A DNA stretch of 56,964 nucleotides, counting the filler, from Malassezia furfur (lineage: Eukaryota): the NCBI GenBank assembly GCA_052055015.1. It is 4 parts of 4 records of this genome, joined end to end, with 100 filler letters (N's around TTAATTAATTAA, not from the genome) between each part and the next. Parts side by side here need not be neighbours in the genome. Positions count along the whole stretch, not along the records: positions 42,990 to 56,964 come from JBQJIT010000295.1; 3 more parts are not named here. The stretch is one strand, 5' to 3'. Position numbers and translations under genes: made by a program. Below, piece after piece: positions 44,936 to 55,320 of this stretch; position 1 is the stretch's first letter, and each line of letters opens with the position of its first letter. The notes beneath the pieces were generated by a model that was given only the letters and a program-made list of their open reading frames with translations, did not search any database and was not told where the DNA came from.

Positions 44936-46804
44936 ATGGCGGACCCCACAATCTCTTCGGCGATGCTGGACGGCGTGCCCATGGGTGGCGTGCGTGCTCC
45001 TGCGTACGCACAGGGCATGCCCCCCCAGCAGGCGCTCGACAGCGTCTCCATCAAGGTCGGCGACCTCTTCCCCAACATGAAGCAGTTCCGCGCGAAGCTC
45101 GGGCTGTACGGCATTACGCACAAATGTCCATACCGCGCGCGGCGCAGCGACAACAGCCGCTTCGTGGGCATCTGTCCCACCGTAATGAACGAGCTCAAGA
45201 AGGAGGACCACGCGCACGGCGCGGGCCTCGGCGGCGAGCAGGGCAAGGCGCGGGCCGCCGACAAGCCGTCGTGCCCGTTTAACGTGATTGCGCGGCGGCG
45301 CAAGGAGGGAGGTGTTTGTGTGACGCGCGCAATGCTTGCGCACTCGCCCGACTGCACCGCGCCTGTGACGTTCTCGACGTCGGCAACATCGGCGTACATG
45401 GCGCAGTTGATGGACGACCAAGCGTCCAACATTGCGCCTCGCGAGATCGGCAAGTACGTGCACGAGGCGACCGGCACGAAACTGTCGTACTCGACGCTGT
45501 GGCGCACGTCGCACCTGCTCGCCACCAAGGAGCGCGAGCGGCAGGACACGACGTTCAAAAAAATCGTGCCTTTCCTCAACGCATTCCGCGAGGCGAACCC
45601 GGGGACCCTCGCGGTGATTGAGCAGCGCCCCGACGCGCGCTTCTACCGTGCCTTCCTGTGCCCTGGCGCGCTGGCGAACGCGTTTGGCGAATGTCCGTTT
45701 ATCCTGCATGTCGAATCGACGCCCATCACCTCGTTCCACGGCGGCTTCTTGCTGATTGCCTACGTCAAGGACGGGCTCGGGGCGCTTGTGCCGCTCGCGA
45801 TGGGCATCACACCGCAGGAGGACGAGGAGAACTGGCGCTTCTTTTTCCACCAGCTGCTCACGGCGTTGCCCATCATTGGATGCCCCGGCGTGACGGTGAC
45901 CCATGCCAAGGACGCGGCAATCAACGATGCGCAGCTATCGGTGCTGCCGGCGTCACGGAGTAGCACCAATGTCATGCGGCTCGACTGGACCGCGTCCGGG
46001 ACGCTGCACGAGTACTACTCGCAGCTGTCGCAGCTGTGCTCGAACAGCTATTTTGCCATCATGGTTGGCTGGATCACCCAAGTGGCCGTGCTCATCTATG
46101 CGCGCTACGTTGAGCTCGAGACGGAGCACAGCGTGTTCCCCGGCGGGATCCTTGGGCGGATGCACGTCGGCTCGAGTGGCTGGGAGGTGGCGTCGTTTGG
46201 GCCGTCCGACTACCTGGTGGTCAATGCGCACGAGAAGCAGCAGGTCAACCTGGCGCTACGGACGTGCAGCTGTGGGCAGTGGCTCGAGCAGCCATTCCCG
46301 TGCATCCACGCGATTCGGTGCCTGCCGCTCGAGCGCCTCGTCGGCCTTGGCCAGTTTATCCACCCGTCGCACTTCACCGAGAGCGTGCGTCGGTGCTACT
46401 CGCGCCGCATGGCGCTCATTGACGCCAATGCTGTCCCGCCCCAGGACGACCAAGGCTTTGACCAGGCGGCGGTGGGGCGCGAGGCGATGATGATCCCCAC
46501 CGAGATGCCGCTGCTGCCGCCGTCCAGCGGCAAGCCCGAGAAGCGCGGGCGCGGGCGACCGCGCGTCGTGCGCCCCAACAACGGTGGCCGCGGGTCCGGC
46601 CTCGGCGCCATGTACCAGTGCGGCCACTGCCACGGCAAGGGCCACAATTCCCGCACCTGTCCACTAAACAACAAAAACGAGCAACCCCCTGTTCCTGCCC
46701 CCGAGACGATGCCCACCACGGCGCAGCCGCCTGCAGCGATGTTCGGCGATGCGCCCGTGCCCTTCGCGATTGATGCAGCACTCACACATCCGGCCGCTGT
46801 ATAA
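44936..46804 (+). CDS. Mutator (MULE) transposase-derived protein: MuDR-type N-terminal domain, degenerate MULE core, SWIM finger, AT-hook, CCHC knuckle
   Basis: IKVGDLFPNMKQFR...CPFNVIAR...H; LHVEST...KDGLGALVPLAMGITPQEDEENWRFF; CSCGQW..QPFPCIHA; KRGRGRPR; CGHCHGKGHNSRTC. Confidence 0.85.
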   Translation: MADPTISSAMLDGVPMGGVRAPAYAQGMPPQQALDSVSIKVGDLFPNMKQFRAKLGLYGITHKCPYRARRSDNSRFVGICPTVMNELKKEDHAHGAGLGGEQGKARAADKPSCPFNVIARRRKEGGVCVTRAMLAHSPDCTAPVTFSTSATSAYMAQLMDDQASNIAPREIGKYVHEATGTKLSYSTLWRTSHLLATKERERQDTTFKKIVPFLNAFREANPGTLAVIEQRPDARFYRAFLCPGALANAFGECPFILHVESTPITSFHGGFLLIAYVKDGLGALVPLAMGITPQEDEENWRFFFHQLLTALPIIGCPGVTVTHAKDAAINDAQLSVLPASRSSTNVMRLDWTASGTLHEYYSQLSQLCSNSYFAIMVGWITQVAVLIYARYVELETEHSVFPGGILGRMHVGSSGWEVASFGPSDYLVVNAHEKQQVNLALRTCSCGQWLEQPFPCIHAIRCLPLERLVGLGQFIHPSHFTESVRRCYSRRMALIDANAVPPQDDQGFDQAAVGREAMMIPTEMPLLPPSSGKPEKRGRGRPRVVRPNNGGRGSGLGAMYQCGHCHGKGHNSRTCPLNNKNEQPPVPAPETMPTTAQPPAAMFGDAPVPFAIDAALTHPAAV

Positions 46805-46834
46805 GTAGCTATTGTATCATTTGTATTGTTGCGC

Positions 46835-47492
46835 CTACTTCTTCTTCTTGGTGTCCTTCTTGTCGACGCGCTGCGCCTCAAGCTTGGCAATCTGCTCCTT
46901 GCGCACCTTTTCTTCGAGCTTGCGGTCCTGGCGGACCGCGTACCACTCGCCGCCTTGGAACAGCAGCACGCCGAGCAGCAGCGACGCGATGATCACGTTG
47001 GTCGCAGCAATGACCTGCACCAGCGACACGCGCTCGCGGTCCGTCAGTGGCATCGCCGCGTCTTCTTCGCTGCGCTGCGGCGCCTTTTCAAACACACCGC
47101 GGATAATGTAGTACTCTTCCGCGGGGTTCTGCAGCGCGCGCATGTTGGGCAAGGTCACGATGAGGTACATGAGGATTGAGCCAAAGTAAAGCACTGCGTG
47201 AGTGTGCGCATCACATACAGACACTGCCCATCCCAAAGTAGCGGTCGTTCTCCGTCCAGCGGTGCATCTTGGCGAGGATGCCAATCAGACCGAGACCCAT
47301 CACGGCGTGGAAGAGCGTCGCAATGGTCATCGGCGCATTGTACATCGACAGATAGAACTCCTCCGCACGGTGGAAAGCCTGTTCCGTCACATGCCCGTCG
47401 AACAGCAAGGGAAAATCGAACCGCGAGGTGATGAAAAGTACACCATACACGAACGAAATGCTCACAATCACGAAGCCTGTCCGGAAGCCCAT
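46835..47492 (-). CDS. SHR3: ER packaging chaperone for amino acid permeases (Shr3)
   Basis: MGFRTGFVIVSISFVYGVLF, GLIGILAKMHRWTE..YF and VIAATNVII...GVLLFQGGEWYA. 25-nt intron 47194-47218. Confidence 0.85.
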
Positions 47493-47902
47493 CTTGGCGC
47501 GAAGGAACGTGGACGATAACCACCTGCGATACAAGCGTATCGCCACGTGGCACAAGGTGCGATCGCGTCCGCGACCTCGCCTAGCCGTGCGTGCCGTTCC
47601 TGCAATTCCGCAGATGAATACACCCAGACTTCACTATCGGATTCCTACTGTGCGCCGCCTGCGGCGCTCACCATACTGCCAGACTCCCCGGGTCCTGTTC
47701 GACGCCTCGGGTGTGGGCGTCATGCTTAGCTAATCATGACCCAAACAGGCGACCCACGCGACGTGGGCGGCCCGTGCGTGGGGCTAGAAAGGTGGGAAAG
47801 AAGCCCATCGAAATGCGGTCGATTGCTGCACGGACATTCGGGCTCGATCAGACCCCTCATATATAGCCGCTCTAGCGCGCTCCTGCTCTTTTCTTCACCA
47901 AC

Positions 47903-48877
47903 ATGTCCCTGAGCAAGACGATTACCTTTAACGACGGCAACAAGATGCCCCAGATCGGCCTTGGCACCTGGCTGTCCAAGCCAGGTGAGGTTGAGAACGC
48001 CGTGGTCGAGGCGGTGAAGGCCGGCTACCGTCACCTGGACCTGGCCAAGATCTACCAGAACCAGCACGAGGTCGGTGCCGCGCTCAAGAAGCTGATCCCC
48101 TCGGTGGTGAAGCGCGAGGACCTGTTCATCACCTCGAAGCTGTGGAACACGGAGCACCAGCCGGACCGCGTCGAGCCTGCGCTCGACGACACGCTCAAGG
48201 AGCTCGGCATTGACTACCTTGATCTCTACCTGATCCACTGGCCCGTCGCCTTTGACCCCAGCTCGGGCGAGCTGCTTCCCAAGGAGGACGGCAAGGCCAA
48301 GCTCGATCTCAAGACGACCGAGGCCGAGACCTGGAAGGCTATGGTTGAGCTCAAGAAGACGGGCAAAGTCAAGTCGATTGGTGTGTCCAACTTCAGCCCG
48401 AGCGCCATTGAGCAGATCACCAAGTACACCGGCGTGGCCCCTGCTGTGAACCAGATCGAGGCGCACCCGCTTCTGCCTCAGGACGACCTGGTGGAGTGGC
48501 ACAAGAAGAACAACGTCCACATCACGGCCTACTCGCCGCTGGGCAACAACCTTACGGGGCAGAAGCGCCTTACCGAGTTCCCGCAGGTGATTGAGATTGC
48601 GGAGCGCCGCAAGGTGGACCCTGCGCAGGTGCTGATCGCTTGGGGCGTGCACCGTGGCTACTCGGTGATTCCGAAGAGTGTGACGCCGTCGCGCATCGTG
48701 AGCAACTTTGAGCAGATCGAGATCTCGGATGACGAGTACAAGGCGGTGTGCAAGATCATGAACGACAACGGCGGACACGTGCGCTACAACACGCCGATCA
48801 CCTACGACCCGCCGTGGGACATCAACGTGTTCGGCGAGGAGGTGGAGAAGAAGGCGACGCACCAGCTCGTGATTTGA
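47903..48877 (+). CDS. Aldo-keto reductase, copy 1
   Basis: GLGTW, GYRHLDLAKIY, ITSKLW, LIHWP, IGVSNF and VIPKS. TATATA upstream at about 47860. Confidence 0.95.
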   Translation: MSLSKTITFNDGNKMPQIGLGTWLSKPGEVENAVVEAVKAGYRHLDLAKIYQNQHEVGAALKKLIPSVVKREDLFITSKLWNTEHQPDRVEPALDDTLKELGIDYLDLYLIHWPVAFDPSSGELLPKEDGKAKLDLKTTEAETWKAMVELKKTGKVKSIGVSNFSPSAIEQITKYTGVAPAVNQIEAHPLLPQDDLVEWHKKNNVHITAYSPLGNNLTGQKRLTEFPQVIEIAERRKVDPAQVLIAWGVHRGYSVIPKSVTPSRIVSNFEQIEISDDEYKAVCKIMNDNGGHVRYNTPITYDPPWDINVFGEEVEKKATHQLVI

Positions 48878-49083
48878 GTAAGAGCAATGTTTTATGTAGC
48901 TTAGGCAATTGTGGTTTTACCATGAAAATACCGCGCGCGGACCACTCGTGCTAAGAGTCGTGCAGCGCCCGCGCTATCGTTGGGGTTCCCACCTTATCAG
49001 AAGTCCCGATATGTCAGCAACGTGGCGCAGTTCCGTGGGCGCACGAGAGGACACCCGTAATAATTCCCTCACTTTATAACGTC

Positions 49084-50092
49084 ATGTCCGACGGGAAGGT
49101 GCGTGGATTTGTGCTCATCCTAGAAAATTACGCTCAACGATGGCCACCAGATGCCGCAGCTCGGTCTAGGCACCTGGCGCTCCCAGCCTGGTGAGGTCGG
49201 CCAAGCCGTCGAGGACGCCATCCGCGCGGGCTACCGCCATCTGGACCTAGCCAAAATCTACGGCAACCAGAAGGAGATTGGTGAAGCACTGAAGCGCGTC
49301 GTTCCCTCGGTCGTGAAGCGTGAAGATCTGTTCATTACGTCCAAGCTCTGGAACACGTTCCACAAGCCGGAGGACGTGCTTCCCGCGCTGCAGGACACCC
49401 TTGACGAGCTGGGTCTCGACTACATCGACATGTACCTTTCGCACTGGCCTGTTGCGTTTGACGGCTCCAGCGGCGAGCTTCGTCCGGCGAAGGACGGCAA
49501 GGCGGTGCTGAACCTAGACACACCGTTTGCTGACACGTGGAAGGCCATGATTGAGCTCAAGAAGACGGGCAAGGTCAAGTCGATCGGCGTCTCCAACTGC
49601 CGCACGGACATTATCGACGGCATCGCGAAGGCGACCGGCGTGTATCCCGCTACGAACCAGATTGAGGCGCATCCTCTGCTGCCGCAGGATGACCTGGTCA
49701 AGCACCACAAGGAACACAACATCCTCATTACAGCCTACGCGCCCCTGGGTAGCAGCCCGCCCGGCCGAGACCGCCTTCTGATCCAGGAGCCGCTGGTCGA
49801 GGAAATCGCCAAGGAGTGTGGTGCGGACGCTGGTCAAGTGCTGCTGGCATGGGGCGTCCGTCGTGGCTATGCGGTAATCCCCAAGAGTGTGACCAAGTCG
49901 CGGATCGAAAGCAACTTCCAGCAGATCTCGCTGACGGATGAGCAATTCGACCGGATCTCGAGTCTGTGCAAGAAGCTGGGAGGACCGATCCGCTTCTTTA
50001 CGCCCTATGGCAACTTCCAGCCGCTGTGGGACATCAATGTGTTTAACGAGCCTGCTGAGCAGGCCGCGACACACCAAATCAGGGTGGTATAA
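49084..50092 (+). CDS. Aldo-keto reductase, copy 2
   Basis: MSDGK, 25-nt intron 49099-49123, then KITLNDG; D-Y-K-H catalytic tetrad intact. Confidence 0.94.
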
Positions 50093-50187
50093 AATTCGAC
50101 GTAGACGTGCAAGGACCCTGGGTTACTTACGTAGGCACCGATCTAATCGGGTGCACGGGCCAGGCGGGACTTCTTCTCGTTGTCACC

Positions 50188-51190
50188 ATGTCGTTCGGCA
50201 ACGTACGTGTCGCTACTCATTCAGAGCATTCAGATGAACGATGGCCGTTCCATCCCGCAAATTGGGCTTGGTTCGGTGCTGAAGTCGGGTGAGGACACCC
50301 AGCGTATTGTGGAGTATGCGATCAAGACCGGCTACCGCCACCTCGATCTCGCGAAAGCGTACAAAAACCAGCGCGATGTTGGGGCTGCGCTGAAGAAAGT
50401 CATTCCCGCAAAGATTTCGCGTGAGGAGCTTTTCATCACGTCCAAGGTGTGGAACAACATGCACTCGCCTGAAGACGTAGAGCGCTCTCTGAATGACACG
50501 CTCGAGGAACTTGGCGTGGACTACCTCGACCTCTTCCTGATGCACTGGCCTGTTGCCTTTGATGCGCCCATGAACGATTTCCGTATCGAAGAGAACGGGT
50601 GGGTCAAGCTCGATTTCCAGCACTCTGTGGTGGACACATGGAAAGCTATGATTGCGATGCAAAAGACGGGCAAAGTCAAGTCGATTGGCGTGTCCAACTT
50701 CCGCCCAGACATCATCGATGCTATTGTGCGCGAGACGGGTGTGAAGCCCGTGGTGAACCAGATCGAGGCGCACCCTCTGCTCCCGCAGGACGACTGGGTG
50801 GAGTACCACCGGAAGCACGACATTGTGATTACGGCCTATGCGCCACTGGGAAACAACATGACGAACCAGCGCAAGATTGTGGACTACCCCCAAGTTGCTA
50901 CGATTGCGTCTCGTCGCAAAGTGAGCCCGTCACAGGTACTCATTGCGTGGGGTGTTCGGCGTGGGTATGTCGTTATTCCTCGAAGCTCAAATCCCGAGCA
51001 CATTGTGAACAATTACGAGCAAATCGAGCTCAGTGACGAGGAATACAAGCAAGTATCGAGCTTGGTGGACGAGGCCGGAGGTCCTACGCGTTTCTTTATT
51101 CCGTACAAGACGTTCAACCCGAGGTGGGACATTAACGTGTTCAACGAGCCGGAGGAGAAGGAAGCCTCGCACCAAATCAAGGTCACGTAG
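50188..51190 (+). CDS. Aldo-keto reductase, copy 3
   Basis: MSFGN, 22-nt intron 50203-50224, then SIQMNDG; tetrad intact; GLGSV and IPRS variants. Confidence 0.93.
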
Positions 51191-51197
51191 CGTGTCT

Positions 51198-51760
51198 TTA
51201 GTGCATGTGCGTAGTAGTACGGTATCCTTCTTGTGCCTTCTCGAACCAGGTGTCAACATCCCATTCCGGGAAAACGAGCGACAATTCCCGCAGTGCCGAC
51301 TCGGTCGAATCGGATCCGTGGAACCCATTCCGGGTATCTCCCATGCCAAGTTGTGCACGAAGGCAGGCTGGAGCCTCATATACAGCGCGATAGGCTTTGG
51401 TCGGCCCAATAAGACCTCTCCATGTAGCGATGGCATTCGGCCCAGCGAGGCACAGGCCCAAGGCGCGTCCGGCTGTCATCCCTAGAATTAAGCGGTCGTA
51501 ATAAAACTTGCCCAGATGCTCAGCGTAAAAGCGTGCTGCATCTTCTTCGGTCCAGACGAACGGCTTAGTGCGGACAATCTGGTGTTAGTCTCTGGACAAA
51601 CCTGGAGGTCGGTGCGCTCGCGGATCTGTTTGAGTGCGTACTGGATGTTGGGTTCATAGGCGCACACTGTGGGCTTAATGAGAGCAAGAGTGACTTCCAA
51701 TGGAGCTGCTACATGTGCCAGTGAGCGCCTCCCGAGCGTGGCAAACGCGCCGCGATGCAT
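51198..51760 (-). CDS. Nucleoside diphosphate kinase, NDK6-like (probably mitochondrial)
   Basis: TLALIKP, FYAEHLGKFYYDRL, WRGLIGPTK and DTRNGFHGSDS. 23-nt intron 51579-51601. Alternative ATG at 51781. Confidence 0.88.
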
Positions 51761-52235
51761 CGCAGCACTGCGTACGCCCATTGTGGGAACGGATGCGCCA
51801 ATGTGGAGGTGATCCCTGTCGAGCTATCAAAAATTTACACCGCACACTGCATAGGCGCACGCACCCTGCGCCAACGACATCTCATCGAGGTCGTGTAGAT
51901 GATATTTTTATTCTAGACCGAACACAATTCGTCTACAACATACACATAGGTAAGAAAAAAAATAGCATTGCATACAGGATCGCCACCTACTCCAACCGGC
52001 AGAGTTGGGCATACGATCCAGGTCGTGAGTCGTTCATATATCGTGCACGTCCACGGTCATAGAAAGGACGCAAAAAGGCGAGGGGCGCAAACACCGGTAA
52101 ATTGAGTCCCAAAGTCGTGATGAAAAAAAAAAGGGCCTAGGCAGCGTGAAACAAGTTTTGATGTTTGTTTTTTTCCTTTTGGCAGTCACAACGGGGGAAA
52201 TACAATCGCGGCATTGGAAATCAGGTAGATGTCGT

Positions 52236-52442
52236 TTAGAGACCACCGCCGCTGCGTTCCACGGTAACTACGCGGTTGCCAGGGTTCATGGCGGCGACTT
52301 GCGCAGAGCGGCGCGAGTTGCCGGCGGTTGCGGCAAGCACAAGGGCCGCCGATCTGGATAGTGTTAGTAACCTGCTCCCTCTCGGTGTTGTGCACACGTA
52401 CCCGATGAAAAGCGTGCTAGGGCGCCAGATGTTTGCAATCAT
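52236..52442 (-). CDS. Spliced 52-aa microprotein ending VERSGGGL
   Basis: ATG at 52442; 48-nt intron 52354-52401 with GTACGT donor, TACTAAC branch site and CAG acceptor; TATATA about 60 nt upstream. Confidence 0.7.
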   Translation of the reverse strand: MIANIWRPSTLFIGYVCTTPRGSRLLTLSRSAALVLAATAGNSRRSAQVAAMNPGNRVVTVERSGGGL

Positions 52443-52786
52443 GGTAATTTGGTAGATGAAGAACGCAAGAGCGGTAAAAACCGCCGTGCCTTTCGCCCCA
52501 TCTATATAAAGTGTTTGGCCAGCCTGTGCGCTCCCAACTTTCGGCGTGGCGGCGCAACCTCGCCTAGAGCGCTATGCCATCCACCAATCACGCGTGACAC
52601 CCAAAAAAAAGACGCGACGCCAAAAATCTCAGGGGCCGCCATAGGACCCATCCATTTTTCTCGGCCGAATTATTGCTGCGGCACGCGGTGCTGGTGCGCG
52701 ATTGGGACGATCGCGTTGTTTGTCGGCTTTACGACGGGCGTTGCGTGTGTCTGTGCACGCCCGGCTGGTGAAGCGAGCACGCAGGA

Positions 52787-55309
52787 ATGCCGAGTGTGGT
52801 CGGCGACACTAGCGCGCAAGGGTGGGGTCGTGATGGGACGAGCCCGCTGCGTCGCTCGGCGCGCCTGAGCAGCACCATATCGCCGCGGCCAGCGCGCACG
52901 GATCGGTCGGTGCGGACGCCCATGTCCGAGTCGATTGCGCGCGTGCGCATGCGCGAGCGCGGCACGGACGAGGTGCGCGACGCGTCTGCGTGGGGCTCGT
53001 CGCTGTACTCGGCCGGGTCAGGGGCACGCGACCCGTCGATGGTGAGCAGCTACTACCTGCGTCCGGCCGAGCCGGACGCGTCGCACGCCGATGCGGACGC
53101 GACGGGCACGTCGCTTGCGGACGAGTCGAGCGTGTCCGACGTGTTTTCGGGGCTAGGGTCGCTCCTGCGTGGCGCACAGCGTCCTCCGCAGACGCCCAAG
53201 TCATCCATGCGGCATGCGTCGCACGCTGCGCCCGACGCGGAAGAAGACTATGCACAGGAGGACCAGTTTATGGAGCAGGTGGAGGACCAATGGCGTGGGC
53301 AGCGTGCGGACGCGGACGCGAACCCCTTTGTGCATGCGCCGCATGCCGCGCCCGACGCGGCACCCACGCCGATGCGCACGCCACACGTCCCCGGCGTCTT
53401 CCGCTCGGCGCGGCGCGCGCGGCGCGTCGATCCGAACGAGTCGCAGGCCACCGACGATGCGTCGCTGGGCGAAGCCGCACCCGACGTGGCGCCAAGTGCA
53501 CGCTCGGCGCCTGCGCTTGGCACGATACCCCGGCTCATGTTGCTTGGTGCCCTAGTGGTGCTGGTGTACTGGGCTCTGTTTGCCACGTCGCGTGTGTCGC
53601 TGCCTTCGTTTGGGCGGCCAGCGACGCCGCCGCTAGTCGAGCGGCCCTGGCGTGCAACGTCGTCCTCCGCATCGGTGGACGAGCTGCGCAAGCGCATCGA
53701 CACGCTTGAGGGCGCCGTGAACAAGATTTGGCGCTCGTTTGGCGACGTCGGGGCCGAGATGAAGCAGCAGCACGCGGCGCTTAACGAGCGGCTGCGCACG
53801 GTTGAGCAGCGCTCTGCGCTGCAGTCCACCGTCGATGCGCTCGAGCGCCAGGTGCAGACGCTGCGTGCGGCGCAGGCGGACGACGCCAAGCGCTGGGCGG
53901 ACGAGAAGCGGCATACCGAGTCGCTGCTCGCGCGCCTGGCGGTCGTAGAGCAAGGCGGCGGCGGTGGCAGCAGCGGCAGCAGCCGCTCTGCGCTGCCCGC
54001 TGATGCCGCAGCGTCGATGCGCGACAAGCTCGCGGAGCTCGAGGTGCGTGTCGCACGCGCCGCGCGGCAGGCCGAGCGTGCCGACGGCGCGGCCGACGAG
54101 GCGAAGCAGGCGGTGGATGCGCTGCGCCGGGTCGTGCCGGACGAGATGCCCGTGCGCTACGACCGGCACACGAAGCGCGTGTACGTTGATCCGGCCGTGT
54201 ACCGGGAGCTGCGCAAGGTGCTGGGCACGTCGAGTGGCGCGGCCGGTTCGGCACGTCCCGAGTCGTGGGCGGCGTTCCTCAACGCGAACCGCGGTGCGCT
54301 CGAGACGATGTTTGCCGCATCGATCAAGGAGCACTTGCAGGCGCGCACGGCGTCGGGCATGCTGCTCGACCGGGAGTCGTTCCTCGCGCTGCTGCAGAGC
54401 GAGTTGACGCGCGCCAAGACGGAGCTGAGTACGCGGTTCAACGAGAACGCGCAGTCGCTGCAGACCGAGATCCTCGCCAAGGTGCGGCAGCAGCAGGAGA
54501 TGTACGAGCAGTCGGGATCGTGGCACAAGCCGGCCGCGGCGCAGGCGTGGGACAGCCCAACGTTCTTGCACGACTCGGTGCGTGCGGGCGAGGGTGTCGC
54601 GGGCCTGATCGATGCGGCGCTCGCGACCTATGCCGCGGACCAGATTGCACGTGCCGACTACGCGCAGTATTCGGCGGGCGCACGCGTGGTGCCGGGCCTG
54701 ACGAGCCCCACGCACGAGGTGCGCCTCGGTGGGCGCAACGTGCACAGCGTGTGGAGCGTGGTGCAGGCGCTCGTGCCTCTGCCGCAGCTCGGCACGCCCA
54801 GCACGTATGCGGCGCGCGGGCGCATGCCGGCCGTCGCGCTGCACCACGACAATGCGCCCGGCATGTGCTGGCCCTTCTCCGGCTCGCACGGGCAGCTCGG
54901 CATCCAGCTCGTGCGTGCGATCCATGTGGAGGCGATCACGATCGACCACGTGCCGGCGGTGCTGGCGCTGAGCGGCGTGGGGGCTGCGCCGCGCGAGATG
55001 GAGGCGTGGGGCGTCCTGCAGACGCCCGAGGAGCGCCGGCAGCTTGCGCAGTGGCGCGCGCAGCGTGCGCGCACCGAGGACGGCACCGAGGAGCCGACGC
55101 CCGTGCCGCCGTCGCCCGCGCACGTGTACCTTGGCGCGTTTGTGTACGACACGGCGGGCGCGGCGATCCAGACGTTCCCCGTGTCGTCCGAGGGCGCGGC
55201 GTTCCCGCTGCCGCTGCGCGTCGTGCAGCTGAATGTGCTGAGCAACCACGGGTTGCGCGACTATACATGCTTGTACCGCGTGCGTGTGCACGGCACGCCG
55301 GCCGACTAG
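52787..55309 (+). CDS. SUN-domain nuclear envelope/spindle pole body protein (Sad1-like)
   Basis: TM segment LMLLGALVVLVYWALF, coiled coils, and SUN domain DYAQYSAGARV...PGMCWPFSG...ITIDH...SNHG...TCLYRVRVHG. Confidence 0.92.
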   Translation: MPSVVGDTSAQGWGRDGTSPLRRSARLSSTISPRPARTDRSVRTPMSESIARVRMRERGTDEVRDASAWGSSLYSAGSGARDPSMVSSYYLRPAEPDASHADADATGTSLADESSVSDVFSGLGSLLRGAQRPPQTPKSSMRHASHAAPDAEEDYAQEDQFMEQVEDQWRGQRADADANPFVHAPHAAPDAAPTPMRTPHVPGVFRSARRARRVDPNESQATDDASLGEAAPDVAPSARSAPALGTIPRLMLLGALVVLVYWALFATSRVSLPSFGRPATPPLVERPWRATSSSASVDELRKRIDTLEGAVNKIWRSFGDVGAEMKQQHAALNERLRTVEQRSALQSTVDALERQVQTLRAAQADDAKRWADEKRHTESLLARLAVVEQGGGGGSSGSSRSALPADAAASMRDKLAELEVRVARAARQAERADGAADEAKQAVDALRRVVPDEMPVRYDRHTKRVYVDPAVYRELRKVLGTSSGAAGSARPESWAAFLNANRGALETMFAASIKEHLQARTASGMLLDRESFLALLQSELTRAKTELSTRFNENAQSLQTEILAKVRQQQEMYEQSGSWHKPAAAQAWDSPTFLHDSVRAGEGVAGLIDAALATYAADQIARADYAQYSAGARVVPGLTSPTHEVRLGGRNVHSVWSVVQALVPLPQLGTPSTYAARGRMPAVALHHDNAPGMCWPFSGSHGQLGIQLVRAIHVEAITIDHVPAVLALSGVGAAPREMEAWGVLQTPEERRQLAQWRAQRARTEDGTEEPTPVPPSPAHVYLGAFVYDTAGAAIQTFPVSSEGAAFPLPLRVVQLNVLSNHGLRDYTCLYRVRVHGTPAD

Positions 55310-55320
55310 TATACAGCGAG

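Noticed and set aside
44775..46835. Active Mutator transposon
   Set aside because: No TIRs or target-site duplication seen, flanks are too short, and catalytic residues appear substituted; treated as a domesticated gene instead.
47521..47560. Small hairpin GCGATAC-AAGC-GTATCGC upstream of SHR3
   Set aside because: A 7-bp stem is expected by chance, and there are no other ncRNA hallmarks.
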